NCBI GenBank assembly: GCA_031556275.1
Contig: JAVBTG010000021.1
Span: 1-43,408 of the forward strand
Length of the DNA: 43,408 nt
Direction: 5' to 3'
Source of the DNA: Opitutales bacterium
GTDB taxonomy: Bacteria; Verrucomicrobiota; Verrucomicrobiia; Opitutales; JAKPNF01
Each line of letters opens with the position of its first letter. The stretch's first letter is position 1. The translations under genes were made by a program, and so were the position numbers. Under the pieces are notes generated by a model, which saw nothing but the letters and a program-made list of their open reading frames with translations, ran no database searches and had not been told where the DNA came from. Shown in pieces: positions 1 through 6,714 of this stretch.

Positions 1-934
1 ATTTTTCCGAGGCCGAGCTTTCGGGAAAAAGCAGCGAGGCGCCCATGGCCGCGCCCAGCAGCACTGCGACGGTGCCCAGCGACCATTCGATCGGTATGTG
101 ATACCAGCCGGAGATCAGCATTTTTATTCCGATAAAGCACAGCACGGCGGCCAGTCCCGCCCCGAGGAAGCGGAAGTGCTTCATGACACCCGAGAGCGCG
201 AAGTACAGCGAACGCAGCCCCAAGATAGCAAACACGTTCGACGAAAAAATAATGAACGGGTCTTTGCTGATCGCGATGATCGCGGGGATCGAGTCCACCG
301 CGAACACGACATCCGAGCTTTCGATCACCAGCAGCACCAAAAACAGCGGGGTCGCGTAGAGCTTTTGGTTGCGCCGCTCAAAAAAATGCGGCCCCTCGAT
401 CGCGTCCGTCACGGGCAAAAACTTTTTCACAAACCCGATGAGCGGGTTTTTGGAGGGGTCCATCTCCTTCTTGTTGGGCAGCCCCATTTTCACTCCCGAG
501 TAGACGAGGAAGGCGCCGAAGATATAGATAATCCACTCAAACTGCTCGATCAGCTTCACCCCTGCCACGATGAAGAAAAGCCGCATCACCACGGCCCCCA
601 AAATCCCCCAGAACAGCACGCGGTGGTGGAACTGCGTGGGTACGCGGAAGTATGAGAAAATCAGGATAAAAACAAACACATTGTCCACGCTCAGCGACAG
701 CTCGATGAGGTAGCCAGTGGTGAACTCCAGCGCGCTGTCCCGCCCGAGCCACCACCCCACGACCCCCGCGAAGCCGACGGCAAGCGAGAACCAAAAAACG
801 CACCAGCCCATGGCCTCCTTCAGCCGCACCTCGTGCGCCTTGCGGTTAAAAACGCCCAAATCGAGCGCCAGCATGATGGTCAAAAAAGTGAGAAACGCGC
901 CCCACACCCAGTAAGGAATTTCGTGATGTATCAT
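1..934 (-). CDS. TerC family integral membrane protein (3' end runs off the left window edge)
   Basis: Absent from the ORF track because it has no stop in the window. Hand translation of the minus strand from the ATG at 934 gives MIHHEIPYWVWGAFLTFLTIMLALDLGVFNRKAHEV...TTGYLIELSLSVDNVFVFILIF...LVLLVIESSDVVFAVDSIPAIIAISKDPFIIFSSNVFAILGLRSLYF. This is the duplicated TerC signature in a polytopic protein. The frame is open down to position 2. Confidence 0.85.
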   Translation of the reverse strand, partial: MIHHEIPYWVWGAFLTFLTIMLALDLGVFNRKAHEVRLKEAMGWCVFWFSLAVGFAGVVGWWLGRDSALEFTTGYLIELSLSVDNVFVFILIFSYFRVPTQFHHRVLFWGILGAVVMRLFFIVAGVKLIEQFEWIIYIFGAFLVYSGVKMGLPNKKEMDPSKNPLIGFVKKFLPVTDAIEGPHFFERRNQKLYATPLFLVLLVIESSDVVFAVDSIPAIIAISKDPFIIFSSNVFAILGLRSLYFALSGVMKHFRFLGAGLAAVLCFIGIKMLISGWYHIPIEWSLGTVAVLLGAAMGASLLFPESSASEK

Positions 935-937
935 ATC

Positions 938-1354
938 CTATTCGCCGATGATCTTGACGAGCACGCGCTTGCGCCGCATCCCGTCAAATTCTCCGTAAAA
1001 AATCTGCTCCCACGGCCCCAAGTCCAGCGCCCCTTGCGTGACCGCCACGACCACCTCGCGCCCCATGATCGTGCGCTTCAAGTGCGCGTCGCCGTTGTCC
1101 TCGCCGTGGTTGTGCGCGTAGCGCGTGTGCGGCTTCTCGGGGGCCAACTCCTCCAGCCAGCGTTCAAAATCCGCGTGCAGCCCGGTCTCGTCGTCGTTGA
1201 TGAAGACGGAGGCGGTGATATGCATGGCGTTGACCAGGCACAGCCCCTCGCGCACGCCGCTTTCGGCTAAACACGCGGCGACGTCATCCGTGATGTTGAA
1301 AAATTCACGCCGCTGTCCGGCCTCGAACCAAAGCTCTTTGCGAAAGGATTTCAT
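938..1354 (-). CDS. yjbQ: YjbQ/UPF0047 family protein (secondary thiamine-phosphate synthase-like)
   Basis: 138-aa ORF with NITDDV...[20 protein letters not shown]...[42 protein letters not shown], the typical YjbQ family pattern. Its ATG overlaps the folA stop (ATGA on the minus strand, 1351..1354). Confidence 0.85.
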   Translation of the reverse strand: MKSFRKELWFEAGQRREFFNITDDVAACLAESGVREGLCLVNAMHITASVFINDDETGLHADFERWLEELAPEKPHTRYAHNHGEDNGDAHLKRTIMGREVVVAVTQGALDLGPWEQIFYGEFDGMRRKRVLVKIIGE

Positions 1355-1857
1355 GAAACGGCCCCCTGTTTGCGGACGTATTTTAAAATCCGAAACTCCG
1401 GCTCGTCGCGCAAAATCTCGGGCGGCAAAAACTCCGTCTCAAACGCGGGCAAAAACGTGTCGCCGTCTTTCGCCGCGCTTTTTACGTGCGTGAGATAAAC
1501 CTCTCCGCACAGCGGCAGGCACATTTTATAAATATGCGCCCCGCCGCACACCCAAAGCGCGCGCGGGTCGTTCGCCGCCGCCTCCATCACCGCTTCGAGC
1601 GAGGAAAAATGCCGCACATTTTCCGTGTCGCCGCCCTCTTGCGAGCGTGACAAAATCCAGTTCGCCCGTCCCGGCAGCGGCCGCTTGGGCAAACTCTCGT
1701 ACGTCTTTCGCCCCATCAGGACGATGTGGCCCTGCGTGCAGGCCTTAAACCACTTGAAATCTTCCGGTAGATGCCAAGGGATGCCGCCCTTCGCGCCGAT
1801 GACGCGGTTGGGGTCGGCGGCGACGATGGCTTTCCAGTTGGGCGTGTGCGCAGTCAC
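1351..1857 (-). CDS. folA: dihydrofolate reductase
   Basis: [49 protein letters not shown]...[13 protein letters not shown] is classic DHFR. The track ORF extends to 1953, but that part overlaps thyA. A GTG at 1857 ([14 protein letters not shown]) gives a 168-aa protein starting 17 nt after the thyA stop. The start position is an inference. Confidence 0.85.
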   Translation of the reverse strand: MTAHTPNWKAIVAADPNRVIGAKGGIPWHLPEDFKWFKACTQGHIVLMGRKTYESLPKRPLPGRANWILSRSQEGGDTENVRHFSSLEAVMEAAANDPRALWVCGGAHIYKMCLPLCGEVYLTHVKSAAKDGDTFLPAFETEFLPPEILRDEPEFRILKYVRKQGAVS

Positions 1858-1873
1858 AAAAGAATAAAATTTT

Positions 1874-2674
1874 TTAAACGGCGATGGGCGCCTTGATGAG
1901 CGGGTGCGGCTCGTAATTGAGCAGTTCAATATCGCCAAAGTCAAACCCGTCAATCGCTTTGATCTCGGGGTTGAGCCGCGCGCTCGGCAGCGCCTTGGGC
2001 TCGCGCGAGAGCTGCAATCGCACTTGGTCGAGGTGGTTCAGGTAAATATGCAAATCGCCGAAACTGTGGACGAATTCCCCGGGTTTTAACCCGCACACCT
2101 GCGCCATCATGAGCGTGAGCAGCGCGTAGGAGGCGATGTTGAAGGGCACGCCCAAAAACAAGTCGGCGCTGCGCTGATACAGCTGGCAGCTCAGTTTTCC
2201 CGAGGGAGACACATAAAATTGGAACAGCGCGTGGCAAGGCGGCAACGCCATCTGGTCGACCTCGGCGGGATTCCACGCTGTCACGATATGGCGGCGGCTA
2301 AAAGGGTCTTTTTTGATCCGCTCGACGAGCCGCGCGATCTGGTCGACGGAACCGCCGTCGGCCGTCTTCCAATCGCGCCACTGCGCCCCGTACACGCGGC
2401 CCAAGTCCCCGTTCTCGTCCGCCCACTCGTCCCAAATCGAGACGCCGTTTTCCTTGAGGTAGCGGATGTTCGTGTCGCCTTTGAGGAACCACAGCAGCTC
2501 GTGCACGATGGATTTCCAATGCAGCTTTTTGGTCGTCAGCAGCGGAAAGCCGTCCGCCAGATCATACCGCGCCTGCGCGCCGAAGACGCCGACGGTGCCC
2601 GTGCCGGTGCGGTCGCTGCGCCGTTCGCCCTTGTCTAAAACCAATTGCAAAAGATCGAGATAAGTCTTCATCAA
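1874..2674 (-). CDS. thyA: thymidylate synthase (ThyA type)
   Basis: 266 aa with [21 protein letters not shown]...[27 protein letters not shown]...[13 protein letters not shown]...[26 protein letters not shown], the full-length ThyA signature including the catalytic Cys. Confidence 0.97.
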   Translation of the reverse strand: MMKTYLDLLQLVLDKGERRSDRTGTGTVGVFGAQARYDLADGFPLLTTKKLHWKSIVHELLWFLKGDTNIRYLKENGVSIWDEWADENGDLGRVYGAQWRDWKTADGGSVDQIARLVERIKKDPFSRRHIVTAWNPAEVDQMALPPCHALFQFYVSPSGKLSCQLYQRSADLFLGVPFNIASYALLTLMMAQVCGLKPGEFVHSFGDLHIYLNHLDQVRLQLSREPKALPSARLNPEIKAIDGFDFGDIELLNYEPHPLIKAPIAV

Positions 2675-2693
2675 AATTTAAACAGTGTGCGCG

Positions 2694-3581
2694 TTAGTCC
2701 AAAACGCGCGAAGTCGCTTTCCATTCGCCCTGCACGGGTTTTCCCATTTTTTCGTAGGTCGCGCGCGGAATCATCGTTCCGGGGGCCACCTTGTTGCCGG
2801 GGGCGGGCGGCTGCGACGCCGAGGGATTAAACCCTTTGCCGCCGCCCGAAAGCGCGGGCCTTGCGTTGCTGCCCTCCTGCAACACGGAAGCGGGCAGTGG
2901 GGCTTCCCGAATGGGGGCGCTGCTGCGGGGCTTGGAATCGTAGTTGGAAAAAAGCGTGTACTCGACGGGCCGTCCGGTTCCCGTGGGCCCCTGTGCGCCG
3001 GCCACCTGCACGGGCAATCCGCCCTCTGCCGAATCGCTCTTGCGGAACTGGTAACGGTTGATGTCCCGCATGGAAAGCTGCTTGGAAAAATTCACCATAT
3101 TCGCCCCGGTCGGCCCGATGTGCGCCTTCACCGCGTCGCGGTATTTGGCGGACATGTAGTTGTCGCGCTGGGTCGCCTTGTCGTAGCGCGGGTCTATTTT
3201 TTTGGAGTCGACATATTCCTTGGTGCGGTACTCCTTCGATCCATAGTCCAACATCTCGTAATTGAACGACTTGAATTCCTTTGTCTGCGAGGTGTCCCAT
3301 CGCGCCTTCTTGTTCAGCAGGTCGGAGCTTTTCCCGTTCCACACCTTGTCCCCGATCGTCGCCCTCTCGGCTCCCATGCGCTTGTTGAGCTCCGGCTGCT
3401 TGGTGTCCGAATACCCCTTGAGGGTTGGCCGCTGCTCCGCGTTGAAAGACTGCGCCGTCTTCGTCGTGTCAATGACGGGAGTGGCGCCCGAATCGGGTTT
3501 TAGCGGCGACTGGCCATACCCAACCGCCGCCGCCCCAAAAAGAAGCAGCCCGCAAAAAGATATGAGGCGCGGACACGGCAT
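2694..3581 (-). CDS. hypothetical secreted protein (signal peptide, K/Y/D/R-rich)
   Basis: 295-aa ORF. The N-terminus MPCPRLISFCGLLLFGAAAVGYG looks like a signal peptide. I recognise no family. Confidence 0.6.
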   Translation of the reverse strand: MPCPRLISFCGLLLFGAAAVGYGQSPLKPDSGATPVIDTTKTAQSFNAEQRPTLKGYSDTKQPELNKRMGAERATIGDKVWNGKSSDLLNKKARWDTSQTKEFKSFNYEMLDYGSKEYRTKEYVDSKKIDPRYDKATQRDNYMSAKYRDAVKAHIGPTGANMVNFSKQLSMRDINRYQFRKSDSAEGGLPVQVAGAQGPTGTGRPVEYTLFSNYDSKPRSSAPIREAPLPASVLQEGSNARPALSGGGKGFNPSASQPPAPGNKVAPGTMIPRATYEKMGKPVQGEWKATSRVLD

Positions 3582-3621
3582 CGACCCATTATCCTAGCGA
3601 TTCCCTTAAAAATTGGCAATC

Positions 3622-3637
3622 CGCAAAGGAAAGGCCA
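3622..3637 (-). promoter_or_regulatory. sigma-54-like -24/-12 element (TGGCCT-N5-TTGCG on the minus strand)
   Basis: The reverse complement of 3622..3637 reads TGGCCTTTCCTTTGCG. GG and GC have the canonical 10-nt spacing. The -12 GC lies about 40 nt upstream of the ATG at 3581, and the element is downstream of the rpmB terminator. Confidence 0.35.
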
Positions 3638-3649
3638 AGCCAGTGTTTC

Positions 3650-3697
3650 AAAAACAAAAAACCGTTCCATAACTGTTATGGAACGGTTCGTTTTTTG
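3650..3697. terminator. bidirectional rho-independent terminator (downstream of rpmB)
   Basis: aaaaacaaaaa-ACCGTTCCATA-actgt-TATGGAACGGT-tcgtttttt: an 11-bp perfect stem flanked by A and T runs on both sides. Confidence 0.8.
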
Positions 3698-3709
3698 TTA
3701 AAAATTGTT

Positions 3710-3946
3710 CTATTTAACAACTTTCTCGACCAGACCCTTTTTGAGGGCCTTGACGGACACCCAGGCGCGCTTGGTCTCGCCGTTGGGGAGCTTCACCAGC
3801 GTCTTCTGGACGTTGGGGCGGAAACGGCGGGTCGTCTTCTTGGTGACGTGGGTGCCGATGCCGCCGCTTTTCTTGCTCTGGCCCTTACGATGAATGATGC
3901 GGCCCTTGACGGGGCGCTTGCCGGTGACGGCGCAAATGCGTGACAT
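3710..3946 (-). CDS. rpmB: 50S ribosomal protein L28
   Basis: MSRICAVTGKRPVKGRIIHRKGQSKKSGGIGTHVTKKTTRRFRPNVQKTLVKLPNGETKRAWVSVKALKKGLVEKVVK (78 aa), read from an internal ATG of the 179-aa track ORF. The upstream extension has no L28 homology. Confidence 0.93.
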   Translation of the reverse strand: MSRICAVTGKRPVKGRIIHRKGQSKKSGGIGTHVTKKTTRRFRPNVQKTLVKLPNGETKRAWVSVKALKKGLVEKVVK

Positions 3947-4023
3947 GGGAATCGTTGGATTAAAGGTGAAGGTCGTTAAAAGGTTTATTCTGGTTTTTTT
4001 AAATCCCTTTGGCAAGCAGAAAT

Positions 4024-5013
4024 CTAATATTTCCCGCGCACGCCCGAGAGGATTTGAAAGCGTGCCCCCATCTGCCCCGGATGCAAAATCTCCATTAACG
4101 CGCGCTTTTCCGGGTCGGCGGGGTCGGTGTTTTGGATAATTTCGCCGACGGGCTTTAGGGCGTTTTTCATAAAAAACGCCTCCTGCCGCAAGGTGTTTAC
4201 CTGAGTGAATTTGTGCGCTTTTAAAACGCCTTCGAGGTCGTCCCAGCACACGTCACAGGTCAGGTCGGAGTCCCCGATATTCCTCAGTAAATCGCCCGAC
4301 ACCGTGTGGTGGCGGTACGCCCGTGCCGTGCCTTCGGGAAAGCTTTCGATGAGTTCGCCAAAAAACTTTCCGTAGTCGGCAGTGATAAACGCTCCCTCCC
4401 AGTTTTGCGCGCAGACGGCGCTCAAGGTTTTGGGCGCTTCCAGTGAAATGTCCAGCCGGTAGCCCTCGGGAACATCGCGTTGTTCGATGATGAAAAGAGG
4501 GACGGATGTCTCTAGCAGGCATTCTTCCAAGATATCGCCATTTACTCGCACGCCGATTTCGCGCCAGCCTTGCGGGGTGTTGCGGAAGGAGCGAAAGGGT
4601 TGGGCGTCGAGCCATTCGTTGGCGAAAACCGCCGCTTTTTTCGGGATCTCCAGCGGTTGCCCGAGCCGCAGGCAGAGGGTGTCTTTAAAGGGGCCCTTGT
4701 CGGCGTCGAACAGGCCGCGCCCCGGTTCCGCGCCGATCTCGACGAGGGTGGCTTGCTCGCAAAAATCGCGGCCAAGCAGGGTTTCAAAGCAGGCGAGCAC
4801 CAGTTGGGCGAATACGCCGCCTTTGAGGGTGGAAGCGGTGTAAAAATCGGTGTCGGCGGACTTGCCCACACGGGCACGATTTGCCTGCGCATAATAGCCG
4901 TGTTCCGGCAAAAACAGGGCGGCGCGGGAAAAGTCCTCGTACGAGACGGCCCCCTGCGCGTTTGCCATGCCGCGCAGGTGTTTTATGATCGCTTCGCTGT
5001 GGGAAATTTCCAT
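4024..5013 (-). CDS. SAM-dependent methyltransferase, MidA/NDUFAF7 (DUF185) family
   Basis: 329 aa from MEISHSEAIIKHL...: VSYEDFSRAALFLPEHGYYA...DFYTASTL...LVEIGAEPGRGL...ANEWLDAQPF...FITADYG. The track ORF (to 5682) continues as a shadow over tsaD on the other strand. The start was chosen at the ATG at 5013. Confidence 0.75.
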   Translation of the reverse strand: MEISHSEAIIKHLRGMANAQGAVSYEDFSRAALFLPEHGYYAQANRARVGKSADTDFYTASTLKGGVFAQLVLACFETLLGRDFCEQATLVEIGAEPGRGLFDADKGPFKDTLCLRLGQPLEIPKKAAVFANEWLDAQPFRSFRNTPQGWREIGVRVNGDILEECLLETSVPLFIIEQRDVPEGYRLDISLEAPKTLSAVCAQNWEGAFITADYGKFFGELIESFPEGTARAYRHHTVSGDLLRNIGDSDLTCDVCWDDLEGVLKAHKFTQVNTLRQEAFFMKNALKPVGEIIQNTDPADPEKRALMEILHPGQMGARFQILSGVRGKY

Positions 5014-5077
5014 TTCAAATGTTGTCTTATTAAAAAAGAAATTCGCCTTTATGGGAAATAGAATTTGAATATAGGGA

Positions 5078-5097
5078 GTGTTTGAAAATTCAAACAC
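5078..5097. promoter_or_regulatory. near-perfect 20-bp palindrome in a divergent promoter region
   Basis: GTGTTTGAA-aa-TTCAAACAC (9-bp perfect arms) lies between the divergent midA-like and tsaD genes. Confidence 0.35.
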
Positions 5098-5239
5098 ATC
5101 GGCTACTCGGCCGGATTTTGGCCCTTTTTTTGTTTCCTCACCTCGACGATGCGCTGCATCGCCTCGGCTCGAAGCCCAAAAAAATGGCTCAAAACCGGCT
5201 GTCGTATCCTCGGTTTTAATTTCCAAAAACTCCCTTGTT

Positions 5240-6286
5240 ATGATCCTGGCGGTTGAAAGTTCCTGCGACGAGTCCGCTCTGGCGTTGTTTGCGCCGGGGG
5301 AGGGGTTGGTCGCGGAGTGGGTGCACACCCAGATTGCCCTGCACGGGCAATACGGGGGGATTGTGCCCGACTTGGCCAGCCGCGAGCATCTGGCGCATTT
5401 TCCGGGGCTTTTTGAACGGCTGGCCGAGCATCCGAGGGTAGGCGAGATTTCAAAGGTAGCCGTCACCTGCGGACCGGGGTTGGCGGGGTGTCTGGCATTG
5501 GGGATCGCGGCGGCGCAGGCGTATGCGCTGGTGAAAAATATTCCCTTGGTCGGCGTCAACCATTTGCGCGGGCACGCGTTTTCCCCGTTCATCGCTTTGC
5601 ACGCGGAGGACTCGAAAGCTTTTTCTGAAAACTTCAAAAAATGCCTGCCGCATTTGGGGTTGCTGGTTTCGGGGGGCAACACGCTGGCTTATCTTATTGA
5701 AGATGGAGGGCACATCCGCCTGTTGGCGCAGACGATGGACGACGCGGCGGGCGAGGCGCTCGACAAGGGGGCGAAGCTTTTGGGGATGCCGTACCCGGGC
5801 GGGCCGTTGGTGGAAAAATGCGCGCGGGAGGGCAGGGCGGGCGCCTATGAATTCCCCCGCGCGTTAAACGCGCGCAACGAGCGCGTGGCATTTAGCTTTT
5901 CCGGCTTGAAGACGAGCCTGCGCTATCGGCTGGATAAAATGGAGCCTGCCGCCATCGAGGCCGCGAAGGCGGACTTGTGCGCTGGGTATCAGGCGGCGGT
6001 CATCGAGCAGTTGGTGAAAAAACTGGCGCGGCTGGCGGACGAAAACCGGCCCGCGAGCCTCGGACTGTGCGGCGGGGTTTCCAACAACAAGGCCCTGCGC
6101 GGGGCCTTTGAAACGCTTGCGCGGGAAAAGCATGTGCCGCTGTTGCTGGCGCAGCCAAGCCACACGGGCGACAACGCGGGCATGATGGCGTTTTGCGCGT
6201 GGGCGGACCCGCTCGGGGTGCTGCCCGCATCCGAGACGGGGGCCTTTTATCCCGGATTGCCGCTGACGCACGAGAACAAGGCGTAG
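5240..6286 (+). CDS. tsaD: tRNA N6-adenosine threonylcarbamoyltransferase TsaD
   Basis: MILAVESSCDESALALF...GGIVPDLASREH...VAVTCGPGLAGCL...PLVGVNHLRGH...LLVSGGNT...DDAAGEALDKGAKLLG..YPGGP. The start was set at the internal ATG at 5240. The track start at 5078 adds a non-homologous extension. Confidence 0.95.
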   Translation: MILAVESSCDESALALFAPGEGLVAEWVHTQIALHGQYGGIVPDLASREHLAHFPGLFERLAEHPRVGEISKVAVTCGPGLAGCLALGIAAAQAYALVKNIPLVGVNHLRGHAFSPFIALHAEDSKAFSENFKKCLPHLGLLVSGGNTLAYLIEDGGHIRLLAQTMDDAAGEALDKGAKLLGMPYPGGPLVEKCAREGRAGAYEFPRALNARNERVAFSFSGLKTSLRYRLDKMEPAAIEAAKADLCAGYQAAVIEQLVKKLARLADENRPASLGLCGGVSNNKALRGAFETLAREKHVPLLLAQPSHTGDNAGMMAFCAWADPLGVLPASETGAFYPGLPLTHENKA

Positions 6287-6309
6287 TGAACCTCGTTTAA
6301 ATTTTTTTC

Positions 6310-6648
6310 ATGGACGATTTCTTTCCCGATTTGCTGATGAACCCCGACCCGCCTCCGCCGGGCCTGCGGGGCAAAAAGAAGAAGACGGATTTGGCCGCCT
6401 TGCAAAGCCCTTTTATGCGCGTGCCGCATATGCGCGTGGAGATCGCGCGCGCGCTGATGGACTGCGGATTCCGGCAGTTGTATGAACTGCAGGGGCGCTC
6501 GCCCGAGACGATTTTTGAGCAGATGCGCGCGAAAAAGGCGGAGTTTACCCCAAAAGATCTTTCGTATATTCGGTTGGCCGTCTATTGCGCCGAGCACGCC
6601 GAGGCCGAGCGCGACCGCGAAAAACTCCACCCGCACGCATGGAATTAA
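6310..6648 (+). CDS. small helix-hairpin-helix domain protein (Cdd1 / pathogenicity-locus-like)
   Basis: 112 aa. MRVPHMRVEIARALMDCGFRQLYELQGRSPETIFEQMRAK resembles the small HhH proteins of that family. The assignment is from memory of the family pattern only. Confidence 0.5.
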   Translation: MDDFFPDLLMNPDPPPPGLRGKKKKTDLAALQSPFMRVPHMRVEIARALMDCGFRQLYELQGRSPETIFEQMRAKKAEFTPKDLSYIRLAVYCAEHAEAERDREKLHPHAWN

Positions 6649-6661
6649 GGCAGATGCCGAC

Positions 6662-6698
6662 AAAAAAACCGTTCCGCCTAAAAGCGGAACGGTTTTTT
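6662..6698. terminator. bidirectional rho-independent terminator between convergent genes
   Basis: aaaaaaa-CCGTTCCGC-ctaaaa-GCGGAACGG-tttttt, with a perfect stem. It shares the aaaaaaCCGTTCC...GGAACGGtt core with the terminator at 3650..3697. Confidence 0.85.
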
Positions 6699-6714
6699 AA
6701 ACGCCAGTGTCGTC

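Noticed and set aside
5014-5682. N-terminal 223-aa extension of the 552-aa track ORF 4024..5682.
   Set aside because: The extension overlaps tsaD on the opposite strand and has no MidA similarity. Homology begins at MEISHSE (ATG at 5013).
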